The notes beneath the pieces are model-generated. The model was not told the DNA's origin and made no database searches. It was given only the letters and a program-made list of their open reading frames with translations. From IMG/VR virus record IMGVR_UViG_3300036406_001149: a stretch of 64,000 bases of DNA; one strand, written 5' to 3'. A program made the position numbers and the translations under genes. The stretch comes from a virus. This document shows positions 58,151 to 64,000 of the stretch, one piece after another (position 1 is the first letter of the stretch; every line of letters starts with the position of its first letter).

Positions 58151-58450
58151 CTAGCGATATCTAACACAAGCATACCATCCTCTAGCTCCTCTGGCAACCC
58201 CAATTTCTACTGGAGTCTTTTGTCCCCAATAACAACAATTTTTAATAGCATGATCCGCACTAATAGAAGAAAAACCCACCCCTTCATAGCCTCTATTTCC
58301 ACCACAATGACCCATAGAATTTCTTTGAGACTGAATATTTGCAACCCCTTGTGCTGATGATGTTGTATATGTATATGTTTTATTTACATTTTGAGCATTA
58401 GCAACTACGGGACAGATCAAGAATAGACCAATAATAAAAACCTTCTTCAT
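58151..58450 (-). CDS. Small secreted Cys-rich protein
   Basis: GGAGG RBS then MKKVFIIGLFL signal; HCGG..YEGVGFS..AIKNCCYWG..GWYACVRY. Confidence 0.7.
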   Translation of the reverse strand: MKKVFIIGLFLICPVVANAQNVNKTYTYTTSSAQGVANIQSQRNSMGHCGGNRGYEGVGFSSISADHAIKNCCYWGQKTPVEIGVARGARGWYACVRYR

Positions 58451-58480
58451 AATTTCCTCCTTGAAAGTTATAGATGGGAT

Positions 58481-58525
58481 AAAAGATCCCCCGAAGTGTG
58501 CATTATTAAGAGGCATCGGGGGTTT
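58481..58525 (-). terminator. Rho-independent terminator-like hairpin
   Basis: CCCCCGA/TCGGGGG stem followed by CTTTT on the minus strand. Confidence 0.6.
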
Positions 58526-58539
58526 CTTTCATAAAAAAA

Positions 58540-58758
58540 TTATCGGATAACAGTTACATTACGGGTGCGACAAACACCATTAGCACAAGCGGAAACAATT
58601 CTCCTTGGAAAAACAACTGTCTCACGAACAATATTCTTTGTAACAGTTACAACTTTTCGACCGCGAACAACCGCACAATTACCTGACGAGCAATCTCCAG
58701 CAAAAGATGTTACCGGAATCGAAAGAGCAATAACTAGCAACAGAACAATATTTTTCAT
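58540..58758 (-). CDS. Small secreted Cys/Val/Arg-rich protein
   Basis: GGAG RBS, MKNIVLLLVIAL signal, CSSGNC and CANGVC repeats. Confidence 0.65.
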   Translation of the reverse strand: MKNIVLLLVIALSIPVTSFAGDCSSGNCAVVRGRKVVTVTKNIVRETVVFPRRIVSACANGVCRTRNVTVIR

Positions 58759-58822
58759 CTTAAAATCTCCTTGGTGTTTAAAAAAATAAAAGGTCAAATC
58801 CATTCGACTCAGTTACCTGAGT

Positions 58823-58851
58823 ATCATAGTCCGGTCAGTATCAACTGTCAA
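58823..58851 (-). promoter_or_regulatory. sigma70 promoter
   Basis: TTGACA-17nt-TATGAT, followed by ACTCAG-GTAA-CTGAGT hairpin. Confidence 0.8.
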
Positions 58852-58870
58852 CATACAAAATTGTATGCAG

Positions 58871-58943
58871 TAGGAGCGGTGAGAATCGAACTCACACTGG
58901 ATGGATTTTAAGTCCACTGTCTCTGCCTTTGGACTACGCTCCC
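58871..58943 (-). tRNA. tRNA-Leu(TAA), short variable loop, CCA not encoded
   Basis: GGGAGCG/CGCTCCT acceptor, GTGGA-CTTAAAA-TCCAT anticodon arm, GTGAG-TTCGATT-CTCAC T-arm. Confidence 0.92.
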
Positions 58944-59023
58944 ATAAATCATTACATTAAGCAATATTGATTTTTATGTCTTTTTGTAGATCTCTATTGT
59001 AATTAATGTAATGATTATTTAAA

Positions 59024-59305
59024 TCAACTATGAGCCTTTTCCTTCAGTCTACGAACTGTCGCTGCCATAGCCTCAAGATTATCTACTGTCCTAACAGGCT
59101 TTGCTCTTTCCATAGCTGGGAGATCAATACCCTTCTTAGCAAGACCTGCCTTAGTACGGGCATAACGAGCCATAGTGCTGGCAATCTTCTGTCCAGTCTT
59201 AGCGGCAATCTCCGCATAAGTCTTGGAAGAAAAAACTGCCTCTAGAAACTTATCGTCAGAGCAACGAACACGACTCTGCTTCTCACTAGTAATAACTTCA
59301 GTCAT
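59024..59305 (-). CDS. Small basic HTH-like protein
   Basis: GGAGG RBS; KTYAEIAAKTGQKIASTMARY. Confidence 0.6.
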   Translation of the reverse strand: MTEVITSEKQSRVRCSDDKFLEAVFSSKTYAEIAAKTGQKIASTMARYARTKAGLAKKGIDLPAMERAKPVRTVDNLEAMAATVRRLKEKAHS

Positions 59306-59387
59306 AATCAACCTCCAAATCTTAAACCAAACTGTCTCAATTTGAAGCTCAGTCACTCGACTGATGTTACCTCGCATTGATTACCTT

Positions 59388-59416
59388 ATTCTACAACTTG
59401 TTATCGGCGTTGTCAA
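59388..59416 (-). promoter_or_regulatory. sigma70 promoter
   Basis: TTGACA-17nt (contains CCGATA)-TAGAAT. Confidence 0.85.
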
Positions 59417-59592
59417 TGGGCGACCTTGAAAAATTTTTCGTTCTTGCAAGAAATTGCTGTTGAACGTGTTTAAAGCCTCAAGGAGTCGGTAGCCCACTCA
59501 CTTTATTATCAACGCTCACATCAAGCGTAAAACTACTAGAAACAACGTCCTCACGATGAAGTTTCCTGTGAACGTGTACGCTATCCGTTAGA

Positions 59593-59778
59593 TTAATCCT
59601 CTGTTGGTAAAACCAGTGCCATGAGTAAATATGCCCAGAAAAGAATACTTCCGGTAAAAATTGCACCAGCAACAAAGCCTAATCTTACTACAGAAACATC
59701 TAATCCTAGACTTTCTGCTAGTCCTCCACAAACACCAAAGAAAACTCTATTCTTATTGCTTTTGTGGAAATGATTCAT
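59593..59778 (-). CDS. pspC: PspC-domain membrane protein
   Basis: KSNKNRVFFGVCGGLAE.LGLD..VVRL..AYLLMALVLP. Confidence 0.9.
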   Translation of the reverse strand: MNHFHKSNKNRVFFGVCGGLAESLGLDVSVVRLGFVAGAIFTGSILFWAYLLMALVLPTED

Positions 59779-59874
59779 GGCTAGACCCCTTAATTATTTG
59801 TTGAATCTGGTAGTCTGAATAACCAGATATTAGCATTGCTTGATAATATCCTACAACTGGAATAAGTTCTGATA

Positions 59875-60168
59875 TCATGATTTTTCCTTTGGTGAGTATA
59901 GAGTAACCTTAATTATTATATACCCATCTCTCCCACTGTCAATATTTTGTATTGAGGATATTTTGCCTTTACCCAAAAAAGAATCACCCACCAATAAAAA
60001 TGGGCCACCGTCTAAATTAGCTGAAGTTATTATTGAAATATCTGACTGACAACCAAATTTTGCCCAATCGCTTGCTCCCTCAATTAGATATTCATGCTCA
60101 CCAATTTGTGTTATTATTCTTTTGTTCTTGTTCTTAGACTGTAAGCACTGGCTCATTAAAAGCCTCAC
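59875..60168 (-). CDS. Hypothetical protein
   Basis: ORF in operon. Confidence 0.55.
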   Translation of the reverse strand: MRLLMSQCLQSKNKNKRIITQIGEHEYLIEGASDWAKFGCQSDISIITSANLDGGPFLLVGDSFLGKGKISSIQNIDSGRDGYIIIKVTLYSPKEKS

Positions 60169-60349
60169 TATCGAGTATATAACCTTGATTATTTTCTGAC
60201 GTTAGGTTAGCAAGAACGTCTTTTAGTCTTTGATTTTCTTTCTCAAGGGTATTCATTATTTTTTCAGCTTGATTTAAAGCTTTCTGAAGAGACTTAACTC
60301 TATTAGCTAATTGATCGTTCATGTACTCTGTTGCTGTTCTGACAACCAT
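60134..60349 (-). CDS. Coiled-coil hypothetical protein
   Basis: Heptad pattern; GGTGTAT motif upstream. Confidence 0.6.
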   Translation of the reverse strand: MVVRTATEYMNDQLANRVKSLQKALNQAEKIMNTLEKENQRLKDVLANLTSENNQGYILDSEAFNEPVLTV

Positions 60350-60394
60350 GATTAGCCTCCTTGATATGAGTTTGATAACCCTATATTATACACC

Positions 60395-60673
60395 TTACAG
60401 GTTAAGTCCATTTAGGAATTTTTGCAAATCTTTAAGCTGTTTATTGTCAAGCACCATCTGATCGGCATATGGCTTTTTTTCAAACAATACCTTAAAACAA
60501 TACCTTAATCTCTGCCATAATGACATCTTATGACTATAGTTTGTGTAATGTTCAAATATTGCCAAATCAGCCAATTGAATTTCATGATCATATTCGATCA
60601 CTAAAATTTCGCTCTTGCAAGAACAAGGGATGAATAATGTTTTATTTTCCTTTAGATTTGTTACATTTCCCAT
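60395..60673 (-). CDS. Hypothetical protein
   Basis: CSCKSE..WQRLRY pattern. Confidence 0.6.
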   Translation of the reverse strand: MGNVTNLKENKTLFIPCSCKSEILVIEYDHEIQLADLAIFEHYTNYSHKMSLWQRLRYCFKVLFEKKPYADQMVLDNKQLKDLQKFLNGLNL

Positions 60674-60766
60674 CTTTTTTCTTTCTAAAAATTCTTTCGT
60701 AGTTTTTATCCCAAGTCTCTTGAGAAACTAAACTAATTCTTCTTTTAGATCCCTTCCCATTTTGTA

Positions 60767-61303
60767 TCATTGTTTGATAATAACTCCAATACCTAAATGC
60801 TCTTTAATTTTTGCAGCATACTTGATATTGTCTTTGTGGTTCTCCACAAACTCATCAAAACACTGTTCTAGATATAGATGGGCGTGATGAATTATGTCAT
60901 GAAATAGTATGAACCCTCCAGACTTGCATAATGGAAGCACATTAACTAGGTCAATCATACCTCCTTCATAAGAATGATCTCCGTCAACCAAAATCAGATC
61001 AAAGAAATCCTTATGACTATCTGAAAGTGGAGGTATAGTTTCTTTACTATCTCCATCTAGAAATGTCACTGAGTTATTATAACCAAGATATTGCAGTAGG
61101 CTATTGATATGATTATTGGAGTTTCTTGCTGTTCCACCATAAAGACCTCCCCACATATCAGCAACAAAAACATCTGTAAGATTAGGATTATTGAAAACTA
61201 CCCTTCTTAAAGAATCTCCTTCTCTAGTTCCTATCTCTAGATACTTTTGGACATTATACTGTTGAACGTGTTTTTCTAAAAATGAATGTAGTAAATCTTC
61301 CAT
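60767..61303 (-). CDS. Class I SAM methyltransferase (Methyltransf_24-like)
   Basis: LEIGTREG, ILVDGDHSYEG, FHD. Confidence 0.85.
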   Translation of the reverse strand: MEDLLHSFLEKHVQQYNVQKYLEIGTREGDSLRRVVFNNPNLTDVFVADMWGGLYGGTARNSNNHINSLLQYLGYNNSVTFLDGDSKETIPPLSDSHKDFFDLILVDGDHSYEGGMIDLVNVLPLCKSGGFILFHDIIHHAHLYLEQCFDEFVENHKDNIKYAAKIKEHLGIGVIIKQ

Positions 61304-61322
61304 AAATATTTTTCCTTTTGAA

Positions 61323-61517
61323 TTATTTTGAATCGGATTCCGTTTCTCTAACATATAAAAACTCTTCTCCTTTTAGGAGATAAGTCCTTGCAGAATCCCC
61401 ATAAATTTCATACAAATACGACCCATCATTTTGAGGCATATCTTTATTGAGATATCCATATTCTATAATCTCACTATCTTTCAGAATAGCAACTCTAGGA
61501 AATCTTATAGGACTCAT
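61323..61517 (-). CDS. Hypothetical protein
   Basis: ORF in operon. Confidence 0.5.
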   Translation of the reverse strand: MSPIRFPRVAILKDSEIIEYGYLNKDMPQNDGSYLYEIYGDSARTYLLKGEEFLYVRETESDSK

Positions 61518-62212
61518 GATTCTAGTACATAGCTCCAGTAGCGACTATCTTCTTTCTTTTGCAAATCATCCCAATAGATCGACCTTGCTACATAAGATGG
61601 GACTTTCAATTTACCACAGTTAACCATCCAGTGACGCTCCATCTTTTTATAAATCTGTGACCCAACCTTACTCTTATTGTATTTAAGAGCCTCAACATCG
61701 TAAAGCCTCAGTTGATGAATATCTCCGCAGAGTACCCTAGCCTCATTAGGATGAATCATCTCCAGAGCAAAGCTAATCTTAGCCAGTCCAATACCACTAA
61801 TCTTATTCAGAATACTATCTCGTTTCTTAACGTGGTACTTCTTTGTTGTCAGATAAAAATCTTTAGGATTAGCCCAAAACTTGGTGCTAAAATCCCAAAT
61901 ATAAGTGGTACGATTATTGTGCAAACCAACGCCGCTCTTGTGGAGTTTTTCCAAAAGAACTTCCTTACTATCTACCCATTCGCTAAAATTCTTGATAGCG
62001 TTATATCCCTTGACATTGCCCTGCCAAGTTGTGTGAACACTGCAATACGCAAAGAGATAGCGACGAAAAATATCTTCGTCAGTCTTGGGTCGAACAGTTT
62101 CCCAATAGTCCTTGTAGGCTACTACTTTATCCTTTGGAAAATTCTTAAAAAACTCGTCGGCCTTACTGGTACTCATCACAACTGGCTTTTTCTCAACAAC
62201 AATGTCTGTCAT
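61514..62212 (-). CDS. HhH DNA glycosylase, Ogg2/archaeal 8-oxoG-glycosylase-like
   Basis: ISGIGLAKISF (HhH + Lys), CGDIHQLR (Asp). Confidence 0.65.
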   Translation of the reverse strand: MTDIVVEKKPVVMSTSKADEFFKNFPKDKVVAYKDYWETVRPKTDEDIFRRYLFAYCSVHTTWQGNVKGYNAIKNFSEWVDSKEVLLEKLHKSGVGLHNNRTTYIWDFSTKFWANPKDFYLTTKKYHVKKRDSILNKISGIGLAKISFALEMIHPNEARVLCGDIHQLRLYDVEALKYNKSKVGSQIYKKMERHWMVNCGKLKVPSYVARSIYWDDLQKKEDSRYWSYVLES

Positions 62213-62249
62213 AATGTCCTCAAAAGTTAGTTCCAAAGTGTATACTGAG

Positions 62250-62278
62250 ATTCTACACTAGTCCTATCGGCTTGTCAA
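62250..62278 (-). promoter_or_regulatory. sigma70 promoter
   Basis: TTGACA-17nt (contains CCGATA)-TAGAAT. Confidence 0.85.
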
Positions 62279-62298
62279 GTCACGATTCTTGAGTTCGC

Positions 62299-62697
62299 TT
62301 ATTTCTTTTTTTCTCCTAAAATTTCATCAAGCTTGTAGTAATATTCCCAGGTTTTCCATTTTACTCTGGTGCTTCGTATGGTTTTTATGATTTTACCATT
62401 TTTGTCTTTGTATTGACATATTGCCCAATAAAATTCTTCTCCTTTTACTACATCTTCAAGAATTTCAAATTCTGATGGACACTCTAATTCTGACCATACT
62501 CTCATAGCTCCAATTTGTTTTATGTGACCCTCTATTTCTGGATTATATTCCAAAGGAAAAAAGATGTTCCTGATAGATCTTTCTACAATAACATATTTTG
62601 TTCCTACCCATTCAGAATTACATATAAAACCTATAGAGAATCCTGTGAATAATATAAACCATGGATATATGAGAGAGCGAAGAACAACTTTAATCAT
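62299..62697 (-). CDS. N-terminally anchored hypothetical protein
   Basis: Hydrophobic N-terminus; GGTGTAT motif upstream. Confidence 0.6.
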   Translation of the reverse strand: MIKVVLRSLIYPWFILFTGFSIGFICNSEWVGTKYVIVERSIRNIFFPLEYNPEIEGHIKQIGAMRVWSELECPSEFEILEDVVKGEEFYWAICQYKDKNGKIIKTIRSTRVKWKTWEYYYKLDEILGEKKK

Positions 62698-62748
62698 TTA
62701 ATGTCTCCAGTAAGGTGGGATATTTTTATACACCATACCGGAAACTGG

Positions 62749-63771
62749 TCAATTAGTTTTATCCTTTACTTCCTTGACATATTTCATTAATGGATTTTTT
62801 TGTTCGGGTATGATAGTCTTATGATTTCCTTCCCATAATGGTAGTTTACCAAACAAAGCTACTCTTTTTTTCTTTGATTTTTGTTTTTGGTATTCTTGTT
62901 GGTGAAGAATCTGAACAATTTCTTCCTGTTCTATTTGTTTTTTCTTTCGATATTCTTCGTCTCTGCGTTGTCTTTTTTGTTCCTCTGTGTCATTATTTTT
63001 TCTTGATTCTTTAATGAAATATGGATGTTCAGCAATAGTTTTTTTTAGCTTATCACTTGCCTCAGGATGATTAAACAGTAATTCTATTAGCGGTCTATGA
63101 TTATCTAAATATCTCCTAATATTTTTTTTGCTTTTTCTACTGTATTTGCGAACAGTATTGGTAATAAATTCTTTCTTGCTTTCTTCAGTAGCAGGACGAA
63201 GGGTTTTATGATGTTCTTCTCTCTTTTGTTTTTTCTTTTTATGACCTTTAATAAATTGGTCGATTTCATCTCTGAGGTTTAATGCTATTGGTTTTGTTTC
63301 AATAACTTTTGGTTGTTGTTCTTGTTTTTTTGTTTTATGTTTTTTGTATTTCTCTTTTTTACGTTTTGATTCAAATAGTCTGTTTTTATCGTACCCTATG
63401 TCTGTATTAAATTGTTCAGCCCATACTTGCCATCCGTCTAATGTTGTACTACTATTTTCTGTAAATAATTTATTGAGAAGATATCTTTTTTGCAAGAGAT
63501 TCTTATCTTGTTCTACAAAAACATGACAAGGTTCACATAAAGTAATTAGCTGATGCTGATCTCCTTGTCCAAGCATCACTGTCTTAGTATAGTCTATATG
63601 ATGAATGGTTTTAGAAGGAGTACCACAAACCTGACAACATCTACCATCTCGTTCTAAGACTAGTTGCCTTATATTCCACCAGAGCCTAGACTTTATATAG
63701 GCATCATAAGTTCTAAAACCTAGCTCTTTCCATGCTGGTGGCATAATTCTATATGTCTCTTTCTTCTCCAT
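62749..63771 (-). CDS. HNH endonuclease with long Lys/Glu-rich C-terminal region
   Basis: VLERDG.CCQVCG..IHHIDY..LITLCEPCH; likely ATG at 63771 overlaps the ligase 3' end. Confidence 0.8.
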   Translation of the reverse strand: MEKKETYRIMPPAWKELGFRTYDAYIKSRLWWNIRQLVLERDGRCCQVCGTPSKTIHHIDYTKTVMLGQGDQHQLITLCEPCHVFVEQDKNLLQKRYLLNKLFTENSSTTLDGWQVWAEQFNTDIGYDKNRLFESKRKKEKYKKHKTKKQEQQPKVIETKPIALNLRDEIDQFIKGHKKKKQKREEHHKTLRPATEESKKEFITNTVRKYSRKSKKNIRRYLDNHRPLIELLFNHPEASDKLKKTIAEHPYFIKESRKNNDTEEQKRQRRDEEYRKKKQIEQEEIVQILHQQEYQKQKSKKKRVALFGKLPLWEGNHKTIIPEQKNPLMKYVKEVKDKTN

Positions 63772-64000
63772 GAAGAATCTTAAAAGTAGGGAATCGTAGA
63801 CTAATACCGCCCTTTTCATTCTCTGTCTCTTCAAAATACTGGACAGTTATTTGCTTTCCAAGAATCTTCTTTGGATTCTTATAAAACTCTTGTCTTTGTT
63901 CAATACTAAAACCAGACCCTACTCTTACAGTATGACCCTTATGCTGAATCATAACACAACTCAACATAGTCTCCTCACATTCTGCACCATCCTTAACATA
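63749..64000 (-). CDS. ATP-dependent DNA ligase, C-terminal OB domain (5' part outside window)
   Basis: VGSGFS..R..F..KILGKQITVQYFEET..SLRFP; frame open to 64000. Confidence 0.88.
   Translation of the reverse strand, partial: YVKDGAECEETMLSCVMIQHKGHTVRVGSGFSIEQRQEFYKNPKKILGKQITVQYFEETENEKGGISLRFPTFKILHGEERDI

Noticed and set aside
59478-59675. 65-aa ORF overlapping pspC; possible Hsp20-like fragment
   Set aside because: Mostly an alternative frame of pspC; the resemblance (SFTLDVSVD) is too short to support.

Overview
This 64-kb window is part of a large lytic tailed-phage (jumbo-phage-like) genome. It is AT-rich, densely packed and uses the standard genetic code. Almost all genes lie on the minus strand. 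Five blocks are visible. (1) 1-3.5 kb: phoH, B12-dependent ribonucleotide reductase and dCMP deaminase. (2) 3.7-26.8 kb plus 37.8-43.5 kb: a very large surface-glycan island with glycosyltransferases, many SAM methyltransferases, a sulfotransferase, NeuA, a pyruvyltransferase, FdtA/DegT sugar enzymes, RgpF-like, PLOD-like and GT60-like genes. Its gene boundaries carry repeated 'KLLS*-MKILSLxExKNK' stubs, truncated or chimeric genes and copied fragments, which points to cassette shuffling or to strain-chimeric assembly. (3) 26.9-37.8 kb: membrane/lysis-like genes with a papain-family peptidase, small virion-like proteins, a ClpP-like protein, a phage sigma factor, and degenerate DeoC and bacterioferritin. 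(4) 43.5-50.8 kb: SET domain, NDT-like, degenerate macro domain, a volactin-like actin preceded by a membrane-anchored trypsin protease, HNH, thioredoxin, and RuvB with an unusual Zn-ribbon/RuvA-domain-III partner. (5) 50.8-64 kb: an early/replication region with sigma70 promoters, primase-like gene, a tRNA-like RNA, rIIB/rIIA, kinase, tRNA-Leu, PspC, DNA glycosylase, HNH and the end of DNA ligase. Small secreted Cys-rich proteins suggest a Planctomycetota host (inference). All family assignments come from motif recognition by eye; no database searches were run.
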